A DNA stretch of 64,000 bases from the NCBI RefSeq assembly GCF_964204645.1, contig NC_134028.1, positions 9,548,001-9,612,000 on the forward strand. The letters are read 5' to 3'. The notes below the pieces were generated by a model. The model was not told where the DNA came from. It searched no databases and was given only the letters and a program-made list of their open reading frames with translations. The DNA comes from Tubulanus polymorphus (lineage: Eukaryota > Animalia > Nemertea). Below, in pieces: positions 13,180 to 25,720 of this stretch (its first letter is position 1; every line of letters starts with the position of its first letter). The translations under genes and the position numbers were made by a program.

Positions 13180-13745
13180 CACATTTGCCTTCCACGATTC
13201 GAGAAATAAACAGCTTTAGCTTTGGAATTATACACTATCATACTATAACTACGGATATTGTTACATTATATATATTTTAAAGGTAAGAAGACTTTGTTTT
13301 TAAATCTATCAATTTTGAAGATAACTGAATTGACATTGATAATTGTGAAGTCATATTATTCATAGTGGATTATGATTGAAATATTAGAGAGAAGAATATA
13401 TCAGTCAGAGTTGAGCACACGCCGCTCTACCTTAAGTTGGCTAAAAGTCTATGATGCTTACTAGCTCACGTCCGCTAGTTGGTCAAGACCGATCTGAATT
13501 AAGATTAACGTATATAACGAATGTTAGTTTCATTACTACGATTATAATAGAAAGAGATAAAATGACTGTAGTGTCGCAAATAGTTGCATGAATATCTATA
13601 TGTATATCAAACAATTACTACTATCATATGAAATATTGTAACACATTTGCCTTCCACGATTCGAGAAATAAACAGCTTTAGCTTTGGAATTATACACTAT
13701 CATACTATAACTACGGATATTGTTACATTATATATTCTAAAGGTA
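13180..13745. repeat. ~105-bp near-perfect direct repeat (13180-13285 and 13642-13745)
   Basis: cacatttgccttccacgattcgagaaataaacagc...gttacattatatat..aaggta occurs twice, 462 bp apart, at the 3' end of LINE B. Confidence 0.92.
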
Positions 13746-13789
13746 CCGAGCTTAGTTCCCCGAGCACCGGCTTTCGTTAGGGTGCTATA

Positions 13790-16700
13790 ATTACTTCGAA
13801 GCGACTTGTATGAGGGGCAGGACATGAGAACGTGATATTCGTCCTCAATTTCGTCAGTGGAGCAAGTTGTACAAGTGCGGTTTTCTCTCGGCGTTAAGGG
13901 CCTGGTCCATCTACCTGTTTCAATCCTAAGATCGTGAATGCCGCATCTAAATTTAGAGATTAGGTTAACTATTTTTGTGTCATTAATGTCAAGGTATCGT
14001 TCGTATACGAAACTTCCTTTGAAATATCTATAAAGATTGCACTTATAGGGCTACATTCTAAAGCCACCCTCCACGACTGAATGTACTGGTCTGTCAACCT
14101 TTGTTCGACGAGTTTTAAAAAGAACAGATCATTTTGAACTTCTTGCGCTAGCCAATAATTGCTGACACCTAGGCCGTTAAGGATGTCACGCATTTTTAAG
14201 GCCCAGTTACAGGTGCGCGGGCTGTTCTGAATATCACCATAAAGCAGATTGAAAGTTTGGCGTAAAAGTGTGTTCTCCTCTGACCGCAGAATTTTTAACC
14301 AAAACTTTGCTGCCGAGATTTGTATATCTATAGACAGAAGGAAACAGCCTAGTTCACCGTAGACCTTTACATTCGGTGTCGTGGCGCGCACATTGAGTAG
14401 GTATTTACAGAATTTGACATGAACGGATTCTATATTTCTAACATTTTCAAATGCCCAGATTGGGCTACCATACATTAATACTGATTTCACTAATGAATCA
14501 AAGATATCAAGCTTGGTTTTAGGTGAAATGAGTCTCGCGTTTAGCAAATACTTCTTGAGTCCAAAGCAAGCTCTTGTACCTTGATCGGCCTGCGACTTGA
14601 TTGCAGCAGACATTTTGCCGTTATTTGACATAGTAATGCCAAGGTACTGAAAGGTTGACACCTCTTCCAGTAGGACATTGTTATAAAAACATAAAAGGGG
14701 GTTACGGTTAATTCTACGGTACCCAATTTTCATTGTCTTTGTCTTATCAGAATTCACAGATAGCTTCATCTTTTTACAATAATCATGCAGAATATCAAGC
14801 GCACCCTGCAATTCTCCGGGCGATTGGGCTAGAATGACGGTATCATCGGCGTAAAGCAAGACATATAGTTTGAATAAATTAAAGTCAATGCCTGGATGGC
14901 CATTGTTTATAAAAAATTCTTCCATGTCATTAATATAGATATTGAAAAGTACAGGCGAGATACAGTCGCCTTGCCTTACGCCAACGGTGCAGTCAAAAAA
15001 GCTAGATATGAACCCGTTGTTTTTGACACATGATTCACTGTTAGCATACATAGATTTAATTATGTTATAAACTTTGCCAGTGATACCAGCTTCCAGGATC
15101 TTTTTCCAGAGAATGTCGTGGTTCAAATAATCGAAGGCCTTAGAAAAATCTACGAATGCCATACACGCATTTTTCATTTTCTTCGTTATACAGTGGTCGA
15201 TGATTGAAGATAATACAAAGGATTGATTTATAGTACCATTATTTGGCCTAAAACCGGCCTGTGCATTATTTAATACTTGGTGTGCCTCTAACCATTGTAT
15301 AATGCGTGTATTCAGAATAATTGAAAATATTTTTCCGAAGCAGCTCAAAACGGTGATACTTCTATAATTGTTTGGGTCGGAAGTCATCCCTTTCTTATGA
15401 ATGGGTGTAATGCAGCCACTGCTCCAATTTTGTGGGTAAATACCTGATTGAAGGATGACATTGAAAAAAATGGTCAGCACAGGTGTTAGGGTTTCAGAGG
15501 CAGTTATAAGCATTTCTGGTAGGATATTATCAAGACCCGGTGATTTGCCTTTTTTTAGATTTCTTATCGCTCTTATAACTTCATCTCTAGTTATGGGGAT
15601 GTCTAGATCGTGAGGCATATTAATAGCTTCCGTATCATTTTCAGTAAGCAAAAGATCAGGATCAATGTCATCGTTTGATTCAGATTGAATTATTCCGCGA
15701 AAAAATGTTTCGAATTCAGCTAAGTTTGGGCAGTTCTCATTTTTATCTGCGTTTCGAGTTTCAAATGACTTTAAAATCTTCCAAAAAGACTTAGTGTCAT
15801 TCTGAGATAAAGCATTTGTAAGTTTTTTAGCTATCTTTTTCTCGTAGCGGAGTTTTGCTTTAGATATTGTCTTTCTATAACGCTTACGTTTGGTTTGTAA
15901 GTCTCGTAGATTGTTTAGATTGGGTTGGTTGTGGTAGAGGCGATTCGCTTTGCTGAATTTATTCCAGGCTATGGAGCAATTTCTATTAAACCAACGACGT
16001 CTTACCCGGCGTCTGATTGGTCCCGCCGCATGGCGAGTATTTCCGTCATACCAGGACAATAAGAGATCGGTTATATTATTAGTAGCTTCGTTGACGTCAT
16101 TTGCATTAGGAGATTCTAAAAAGATTAAATTATCCATGCAGTGGGTTAGTTGATTTATGAAATCATCGTTTTGGACGGTTTCTAAGAATCTGTTCTCTGT
16201 TAGTTTGTTCCAGGTTATACGCTCCGGTAAGGCATTATACTCTGGATTACTATGTAAAGAACCGTGGTCAGTGTGCCGTGGTTCTAAGCTTTTACCGATA
16301 GAAACAAAAACCGTGGCATGATCTGTGAAATGATTTAAATCGGAGATTTCAAAATCTCGTATAATGCGTAGTGCATCTGAGTTTACTAAGCAATAGTCCA
16401 CCGTACTCTTTCCATTCGGTTGAAAACATGTGAATTTACCCAAATCTTTATCATTAAACGCTCTTCCGTTAAGAATGAAAGATTGGGTACTTTTACATAA
16501 TTCTAATAGATCGTTCCCATAATTATTGCAAATTTCATCACACGAGCTTCTTTGTATGCTAAGATTAATATTGTTTTCTAAATATATCAAATTGTTATTA
16601 TTGAATAGATTTTCATTAGCATCTGTTTCATTACCAATTTCATCTACAATGAGACCCGATTTATTTGCCGTTCTGGAATTGAAGTCTCCGAGGACGAGTC

Positions 16701-17157
16701 GATTGAGTACGCCAGAATTTCAATTTCTAATATAGTCATTGTATCCGCTTGTGCGCGGCTGATATGAACGGGCGATACATAGGCCAAATATATAAAAGTG
16801 TCCTCGTTCAGGCGTGAAACCGTCTTATCAAGTTTAATCCAGAGATAGTCCGCGTTGTCGGATTTTAAAAGTTTTATCCCGGTTTTCAGTTCATTGCGGT
16901 TAAAGCAGCAGACCACCGGAATTACGTTTCGCGCGCGATTTTTTCTTTCTTGTCTGTTGAAAATATGAGAATCCATCTGGTGTTTGGAACGCTGTTTCCG
17001 CGGAATTCCATGTTTCTGATATCAGCACGATATCATTATTATTGAATAAGTTGAGAACGTCGGATAGCTCAAGTTTGCAAATTCTGACATTGTTATTTCT
17101 GTTGAATAGGCCGTGAATGTTTACGTGGCATATTTTTATCACCGCACTTTTTGGATC
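13790..17157 (-). pseudogene. LINE B ORF2 (endonuclease, RT, zinc finger), frameshifted
   Basis: ICHVNIHGL, LISETW, SGG, STVDY, TDH, NYRSITVLS, VDFSKAFD and LYADD motifs are spread over several frames. Confidence 0.9.
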
Positions 17158-18128
17158 CTAACATGGTGTCGGGTTGGTTTGGACTCTTTCTTGCAAATTT
17201 TCCGCAGTGGGGGCATGGGGTGTAGGTTTTTCGCAGGTGAATTCGCTGCCGTTTCCTTTGTACAGTTTACCGTCGATGTAAAGCTTCCCTTCCCAATTTA
17301 TGTAGGCTTTACGTCCAGATGTTGTAGCCTTTCTTTTATTGGGATTAGTTGTTTTATTGTTGCTCTCGTTTCGGGACAGAAATCTTCACCGATTGAGATT
17401 CCAGAGCCTTTCAGCTTGTAGGCATTTCTTCGTACCTTTTCTCGGTCCCGGTAGTTTTGAAACCGAGCAATAATTCCTCTCGCTTTACTGGTTTTTCGAG
17501 ATAGACGGTGGGCGCGTTGTAGGCAAATCTCGTCGGGATTCGTAATCCCTAGTTCGTGGTCTTTGATGATTTTTCTTACGATTTCGTCGCAGTTTTCAGG
17601 TTGATTTTCGTCTGTTGATTCCGGTACACCGTAAATGATGAGATTTTCTCGTCTATTGTAATTCTCGAGAGAATTTAAGCGGGAAGTTAGTTTTTGATTT
17701 TCTTTTAAGATGGATTGAAGTGTGTCTGTATTTTCTCGCATATCTCGACGGATTATATCGTTTTCGACACGGGTATTGATCACAGAGTTTTTTGTCGCCG
17801 TGATTTCATTTTCAACCTTTAACACCCTTTCCGAGAGATTGGCCATCGAACTGGATATATCGTTTATTTTGCTGTGTAGGTTCGGGAGAACGCTCATCTT
17901 GTCTAAGAGAGTTTGGAACATTTGGTCAATTTTGGATTCGAGTTTTTGACAGCTCTTACACGGATCGTTAATTACATGGCGGGTGATTATACTTCCTGTT
18001 TCAATGTCTAGGTAGTCAAGTGACCCACCGTTGCATAATTCGGGACTTCGGTGGAGAAGGCGTCGTTTATCCCCTGGCCTTGGGTCGGTAGCTCTATTGT
18101 CGGGAGTTACGTTCATGTTGTTCGCCAT
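17158..18128 (-). pseudogene. LINE B ORF1 (L1-like nucleic-acid chaperone), one frameshift near 17320
   Basis: The 276-aa ORF continues in a shifted frame as KAYINWEGKLYIDGKLY...NPTPC* and ends with TAG at 17158-17160. Confidence 0.85.
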
Positions 18129-18924
18129 TATGTCGATCGATTATGTTGTTGTTGACGTATTCCATAGTTAGCACATTTTGTCAAATATACTACGTACCAG
18201 CTTTACTAGATTTTGAAATGTTCAAAGTATTCAAACTACTTGTTTTCTGAAGGCGTAGCTCAGCAAAAGTTATCTGAGCTCACTCACTTTTGTGTAGACT
18301 TTTGGTCCGTTATAGTCCAGAAGAGTATGGGTGGTGTAGGAACCACAGAAAATAACTTTTGTAGGAGAGATCTACATCGTACTACCAGCTATCCGCCATC
18401 TTGAATTTATAAATTTGTTTCTTGTTTACGGATAGTCATAATACAGTGCAGAAATTGTTTCCTTTTTTTCTGTAATCAAACCAATGTTGTATAAAAAATT
18501 TTGTGAGCGTTGCAAAATTATTTCGCAGAAATGACGGGCAATTAGGTGAACATACTAATATTGGTCGTTAGATTTCCTTTAATACGGTTTTCCAATTTTA
18601 CAGGTTTTCTAGAAACAAATTGAAACCAATTCCTGCCGAACAAAACTTTGATTTATAAACAAAATTCACGATTAAGATGGAAATTCAGATACTTACCCAA
18701 TTACATTTCATATAACCATCCTGCTGACAAAGAAAATAATAATCTTCACTGCATAGATTTAGAATTTTTTTCTATGAGAAATTATACTCGTTTCTGTTCT
18801 TGGCATCTGTTGCCTAGAAAAAAAGTAATTTCGGATAAGTTTGCAGGAGAATTGTATCGCTACTGGTTTCGAGGCTGGGCTCTCTACGGTACATACTATA
18901 ATTCGGCAGATCTTCAATGACCTT

Positions 18925-19170
18925 TTATTAGGGTTTCTGCTGCTTTCGCAGAAACACTCTTGTAATTCTGTTGATTATTGTTATTGTTTGTTGTTAAATT
19001 TTCCACTTTCCAGCCAAAAAGTTTTCATAAAATGTAACTCCTCTCAGATTCGACTACTAACAGCTTGTAAACGTAATTTTCAATTATGACAAAAATTTAA
19101 CTTAGCACCCGAAAATTTCGAATTTGCGTATAGTAATCTATTATGAATTAATCCTGCGTTATTTCCGGAT
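18925..19170 (+). mobile_element. 5' fragment of a Helentron-associated (HINE/DINE-1-like) element
   Basis: A ttattagggtttctgc..gcagaaacac palindrome followed by tcttgtaattctgttgattatt closely matches the 5' end of the element at 20710. Confidence 0.55.
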
Positions 19171-19582
19171 CTAAACAGCGACAAGAATGTCGCAATGAAT
19201 CGTCAACCATTGATTAATTGAAGTAATATACTTAGAAAGAAGGGAATTATGCGGAGAAAAGCCATTATTTAAATTGGTACTAATATCTGAGTGACGAGTT
19301 ATTAGGGCACACTCAACTATGTGGCGTTTAGTGTAATTGCTGGAAGTATAAATAATTTCGGCTTTATCAAAATTAAAACGATGACCAGTGTTCCAAACGT
19401 GATTGGCTACGCCACTTGCCGGTTTTTGATTTATTATATCCTTTTTGTGTTCCGAAATTCGAGTTTTTAAATCACGACCAGTTTCTCCAAAGTAAATTTT
19501 ATCAAAGCCAAAACAAGGAATTTTGTAAACTCCGCAGTCCAAAGGTTAGATTACTCGTCACTCAGATATTAGTACCAATTTA
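19171..19582 (-). mobile_element. Penelope-like element fragment (GIY-YIG endonuclease) with a short inverted copy at its 5' junction
   Basis: CGVYKIPC...YFGETGRDLKTRISEH...VANHVWNTGH...VECALI...NLNNG. Bases 19553-19582 are the exact reverse complement of 19270-19299. Confidence 0.88.
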
Positions 19583-22500
19583 GTTTATTGGTTTATTTAC
19601 TCCACAATTATACAATTGCACAGAGAACAAAATTATTTGACAATATACATTGCAACATATAACATTAGAAATGTATTAAACATTTGCGTATATACAACGC
19701 CAGTTTTTTAAGGGTTTGGCAATTTGAGTTGAACAAATCATACAACTTTACGTTATTGGGGAATCTCCAATAACGCTCCGGGATGTATTTAGCTCTGGAT
19801 TCCTGGAAGTACGGGCAGACGAGTAAAAAGTGATATTCATCCCCCACTGCCTCTAAATCACACTTTTGGCACAGCCTATTGGCACGGGCAATTCCACGCC
19901 ACCGCCCAACTTCCACCGGTAGCCTGTGAGCTGAGCATCTAAATCTACATAAAGTTAACTGGTCCCTAGGAGTTAATTGAGTTAGATACTTTTCCATTTC
20001 GAAACGGCATTTGATTGTTAAATACGTAAGAGCCATAGTGGAATCAGTAAGTTTTGCATGCCACACTTGCATAAACTGATCCTGCAATCTCTGTTTAAGT
20101 ATCAGACTCAAGTAATTCACGTTTGGAATATTTTGATTTTCCCAAATATATCCGAGCCCGTTTCGGAGCAAAATGTTCTTCACAAAATCCATCCAAGAGT
20201 TAGCTTGACCATCAATATAGCTATTATAAACACAACTGTAAACCTTTGACGATAATTTTTCATCAGTTATTAATTTTGCCCAAAAATTGACAATTCTGAG
20301 CTGCACGTAAACTTCGAGAGGAAAACGACCAAGTTCCCCATAGACAAATGAGCTATTAGTAGATTTCTTTAACTTGAGTAAATATTTAAAAAATTTCAGC
20401 TACACGCATTCAAGAACTCGGAGATTTTCGTAACCCCAAATTTCACATCCAAATAATAGAATTGCTAATACCATGCTATCATATAACTTTAAACTAACAT
20501 CAACGTCTAGTGAATATTCGCTAACCTTTCTTTTAAAACAGAGAACATAGCCCGCTGCGCTTGGCTTGCTAACGCTTTTCGGCACTGAACAAAAGACCCG
20601 GTATGGGAGAATAGTATACACAAATACTTATCGTTATATACTAACTCCAACACTCGACCGTTTATGTTAAACTCCGGAGGGTTTCGGAGTCTTCGTTTCG
20701 AGAATATCATTAGGGTTTTCTGACTTTCGTCGAAAACCCTCTTGCAATTCTGTTGATTATTATTATTATTTATTTTCCGCCGATTTCGTCAAATAAAATT
20801 CATCTTCATTCAGATTCGGCATCTGACAGCTTCGAAACGAAATGTATAAATTGATACTGTAATAACGGTCTCTCTGAACCAACAGATTGTCTGAATGTAC
20901 TTTCCATCTTATTTGAAACTTAAAATTACTTATTAGGTTACTGTAAATAAAGAATTGAATTGAATTGTTAGACAACAAGCACCGGCGAAATAACAGTTTG
21001 TGACGTCATTTAGTAAGTAAATAAAGGAGGGCTCCGAGAATTTCCAAATCACGGGGACTATACTGGGGTTAGACCATTCAACCAAAAAGAGGATTGCTCC
21101 GATAATATCCAAATCATCTCATTTTATTTTTTCCATCGAATACCCGGTAATTAATTTTTCCTTTCGATCACATGCATCCAGAAAACCCGTTATCGCTGCT
21201 TTGCAGCTGTATTTTTTTCGCAATTTATTAGTAACTTCCATTCTTTACAATAAACATGCAGGTTGTCAATCAATTTCTGAAGTCCCTGTGGACTCTCGCT
21301 CATAAGTACTGTATCGTCTAAGTACATAAGGATCATCAATTTGACCCATGCATCATTACGCATGCGCAGATTTAGGGAGGGACAATTTTGGGCATCTTAA
21401 TAGCCTTCCAGATCATTTAAAAATATTGAAAAGAGCACGGGGGACAAGTTTTCTCCCTGTCTGACACCCATAAAACTTTCAAAGGCATCTGTTTTACTAC
21501 CATTATAAAATACACATGACTTGATGCCCTGGTATATGCTATATATTACATTTAGAACTTTGCCCGTAACACCACTATTGATCATCTTATGCCACAAAGC
21601 CTTTCTCCATATGCTTTCAAAAGCACGTTTGTAATCTACAAAAATGCAGTAAAGCTTGCGATTACTATTCAAAAACATATCTACAAGTATATATGGTCCA
21701 GAATACTGTGTTTTTGTCTGAAACCTGCTTGATTTTCCAGTAGTATATTGTTCGTCTCTAGGTAATTAGTTAGCCGGTTGTTAATGACACTAGTAAAAAG
21801 TTTGCCTACATTGCTCAACAAAGTCACGCCCCTATAGGTACTTGGGTCATCGGCACTACCCTTTTGTTTGTAAATAGGTATAATCATTCCGTTTAACCAT
21901 GGTTCGGGGATATTACCTGTATCAAGGACAATGTTAAAAAGACACATAAGTGTTGGTAATAAACTCTCCTCGGCCGATTTTAAGAAATCGTTAGGGATTT
22001 TGTCCGTACCACATGCCTTAAAGTTTTTTAATTTATTTATACTCTTTAATATTTCATCCCCGTTAATAGGTTGATTTAAAGGGGTTTGGTCATAGTTATT
22101 GCCGTTAAAGTCTTCGACGTTATGAAGCGGTGGTTCACTTCCATCCAGCACGGGACGCTCGTTCATAGATTTGAAGTGTTTTAGGAAATCAGCGCTTGAG
22201 GCATTACACGTGTTATTGTGGTTCTTCTTGAAATAGTTCCAGAAGTTGTGAGGGTCAGATTTTGACAGTGAACGTATTTTCTCGTTGAAAAACCCTTTTC
22301 CTATCACTATTCCATTTGTGAATGGCGTTTTTGTATTTACGGAACGCACGGTTCATTATGGAATAATTATTACGTGAGGGTAAATATGAGTATGTTCTTT
22401 TTGCACGACGATAATCCAACCTGGTGTTTCTAACGACTTCGTTTTGGGTAGCCTTGGCTGGTGGCCGAGGTTTCGATTTACGTTTGACAATTCGTTTCCC

Positions 22501-23384
22501 CATTACTTTAACGGCCGATTGTAACATAACAACACAAAGCCGTTCATTGGCTTTGCTGGCGTTCAATGACCCATTCATCAGGTTTTTATTTCAATAAGAA
22601 CCGTTGAATTCCTCGAAATGACTTGTGCAAATTGGTCTTTTTTATCTGGGTCCCAGTTCACTACCTCCTCCGGTTCAACATTTTGAGAACCAGTTACAAC
22701 TGGCGCTGATGTCTTAAGTTGTAAATGCGTCACGATGGCACTATGTACGTCGGAAAGTAACCGGTCGAATTCCATTACCTCTAGCCGCTTTACATAGTTT
22801 ATAAGGTACGATGACGAAATCATGTAGTCGACAATATGTTCATTATCTCCTTTATGGCACGTAAAATCACCAAGTGTTAAATCAGGGGCTATACGACCAT
22901 TCAGGATAACGATTGAATGGTTTTTACATAGTTCCACCAACCGTAAACCGTAGTTGTTAATAGAAAGATCTTTTGTTTTACGTCTGGTAATATTAAGGGA
23001 ATTTAATATTTGTACACAAGTATTGGTGTCTGCAAAAACCTCGTTTTCGAATTCTAGCCCTTGTGTTAAAAAGTCGTTTGGGTCACTATAATCAAATAGG
23101 CTTCCAGTGTACGCATTATAATTCTCTATTATTTCGAGATTCAATTTGTCAAAACACTCACTTCCACCGTAACTGCTGGATTCGGGTGGAACGTAAACAC
23201 ATCCAATCTGGATATTTTTTTCAAATCCAGTTAGCTGCTTATGAACGCGCAGCCACAGAATTAATTTACTTTCGCTGTCAATAGGACACGCATGTGGAGC
23301 TAAGTTCAGTCTAACGGCGATCGCTATAGCTCCTGAACGGAACGATGATATTTTTTTCCGGTTCTTAATGGCTTTTCTCCGCAT
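19583..23384 (-). mobile_element. LINE element C (same group as A), 5' truncated and multiply frameshifted
   Basis: ORF pieces 22578..23384 (endonuclease), 22255..22578, 21681..22349, 21397..21678, 20507..20710, 20400..20621 and 19665..20306 (CCHC) are collinear with LINE A ORF2. Confidence 0.92.
20710..21213 (+). mobile_element. Complete Helentron-associated non-autonomous element (HINE/DINE-1 architecture) inserted in LINE C
   Basis: 5' palindrome agggttttc...gaaaaccct (20712-20740), a (TAT)n microsatellite, 3' subterminal repeat gaaaaccc (21181-21188), 3' hairpin gctgc-ttt-gcagc (21195-21207) and T-rich flanks. It splits the LINE motif WKLLINCEK|MIFSK. Confidence 0.8.
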
Positions 23385-23509
23385 AATTCCCTTCTTTCTA
23401 AGTATATTACTTCATGCCTTGCCAAACACTAATTACTTACTCACTCACCAATTTACTCAATTAACCTGTCCTCCTCTGTATATATACCCCTGTTTTTAGT
23501 CTATATCTC

Positions 23510-23552
23510 ATACCTGACGATGATTTCTAAGGGTGAGATCGAAACGTCGTGT
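23510..23552 (+). ncRNA. Minimal type I hammerhead ribozyme motif in a Penelope-like pseudo-LTR remnant (~23390-23670)
   Basis: atac-CTGACGA-tgatttc(taagggt)gagatc-GAAACGTC-gtgt has the conserved core, stem II, a palindromic ACGT stem III, a GUC site and a 4-bp stem I. AATAAA follows. Confidence 0.65.
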
Positions 23553-25426
23553 CTTTTATATATTTTAGATTGAATAAATAAATTCTGGTTTTTAAATTCT
23601 TTTAATCTCTAAATAGTGGGATTTTATCTTATTATCCGTTCACCACGTTTGAGTGTGGTTATCGTTCTATTAAGCGCAACTGTCTCAGATGGTGTAAGTA
23701 CTTGACGTTTTGTTTTTTTTTCTAATGCGGCATGTTTACAATATTTGGATTAGTAATCAGTCGTGCTAACGTATATGCAGAATTGGATTCATTGTTATTA
23801 TGGGGTGATAATTCATGGGCCTCAAGAGTCCTGTTGTGAATACTATAATAGTGAATACTGGAATACTACAATCTGGATTTAACTGATTTCTGTGTACAGC
23901 ATTTCAAGCATGAATTATCCTTTATATGTTAAGCAGTTTGTGATTTACACATCATTGAACACATGTATTTATATTGGTGAGTCCTGTACTGTGGGTGAGA
24001 AATAAACTAGACGTCTTCGAATACAGTCGTTTCGTCGTTCGTTCCGAGTATACCAGGGAAGTCGTTTACACCTGTGACAAACCTTTGATTTGAAGCTCTT
24101 AGAGACTTGTTGTGGAGTAAACTGAATAGCCCTTAAAATACCAATGCCACATAGCTTAATGGTATCTATGCTTGCGAGACAGTAGTAATAGTTTTTTTTC
24201 ACGACAAACGCATGATTTAAATTGGTCTCCTAAGATATCTATCATTAACTAATTTTTACATGTGATCGCTAAATTGCTGGTGGAAAGAGGTCAGATGGCA
24301 TGAAAATCGACTGTGGCTGACTAATTGCTGCGAGTAGATCAGGCGTTGTTGTTTCAAAAGGTGGAGCCAAAATGCTTGTATCATCAGGGGTAGACAAATT
24401 ATCCGAAGATAAACGAAAACTTCACCTCGTTGATCGTCAGTTGATTTTGTTTAAGAGAATTTCTTTCAATAAAATGAAAATTTATTTCATTAATTGTATT
24501 CAAGATTGAATTTGAATTGATCTTAAAACTTAAAACCAGAGAAAGCATTCTTCAGAAATTTAAAAAATCCTAGACTCATAATCAAATTTTGTGAAGTCAG
24601 TTAAGGTCTTTTGCTCGAATCAAGCCGAGGGCTCAGGTGGCTGAAATTCAATTCTTCTATGTCCCATAATGCCGCGTTCGATGGAGTTTACGCACTGAAA
24701 AACAATGACCGCCCTGCCCCGCTGCATCTGAGGCATAAACAATTAGTTAGACAGTATTGCTTCGATGCTTTGACAAACAGACTCTTAAGCAATGACCTAT
24801 GACCTGCCAAATCAAATGTAAATTAAGAAAGAAAACAACAAAATTAATTGATCAATCAATGTCTTGCGTCTTCAAAAAAATTTCCCCGGGAAATATTAAT
24901 TTTTCTAGTCTCCACCTGCCTCGACACAAAACTTTTTCAAGTTGATGCAACTGCCATCAGCGGACCATATCTACGGTATCCCCAATGCCATTTTGACTAG
25001 ACTTGGTACATCAGTACTTTTTACGTGGCAGCCTTTATGGATCCACATATCCAGCATATTGTTGACCCAAGTTGTGCTTCTTGGAAATTGTCATATGTTA
25101 TGGACGGATTAGAATTATTTCGGTGAAATCTTTTTTACGCTTCCCAGTGCGACATATGAATCAGTTAGGCAGAAACCCATTATCGATGCTATGCAGCTAT
25201 ATTTCCTATTTTAGAGCCTCCTTTGTGCCACGTGTGGCACGAGCGTTCACACACCGCCTATTAATTTCCACAGTCGAAACGACTATAAGACTATAGTTGA
25301 ATTTCTAGTTTGTAGGTAAATTGTTTGTAGATTTTTGTTCGATGAATTATTTGTGAAACCCGAGGAAGCGTGTAGAGGAAGAGTGTACCCTAAAACAGCA
25401 TAAACCCGTCTCGGCAGACGATTCTA

Positions 25427-25536
25427 CTGGACCCCCACAGTTATGAGTTTCGGATCGACTCAGAGTAAACGTATTGAAAATGAGCTGACTGTAACTCAGA
25501 GTTTACTCATACTCACAACTGTGGAACCGGATTCTG
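25427..25536. mobile_element. Short degenerate MITE (Harbinger-like, CWG target)
   Basis: Inverted arms ccacagttatgagt / actcacaactgtgg flanked by CTG. Resembles 62459-62567. Confidence 0.45.
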
Positions 25537-25720
25537 GTGATAATTGTTGACTCAACGATTATTGTAGCATAGATTCAGTCAGACTAGGCGTACTTAATCG
25601 GCTAATCGATTTTCGCCGAACTTTGCTGGTGGTCCATTCCATGAAAGCAATTCGAATTTTCTAGTCGGCGAATCGATTCGCACGAAACCATTTAATATAT
25701 GTCATATATTATCACCGAAC

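Larger units (their letters stand above)
13642..18403 (-). mobile_element. LINE element B, near full length (5' UTR, ORF1, ORF2) with several frameshifts
   Basis: ORF1 17298..18128 (coiled coil, NRRENLIIYGVPE, RAHR, IGEDF). ORF2 pieces are 16900..17142, 16644..16976 and 13969..16590 (QGDCISP, YADD), with a CCHC remnant at 13800-13960. The presumed 5' end is CAAGATGGCG at 18394-18403. Confidence 0.92.
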
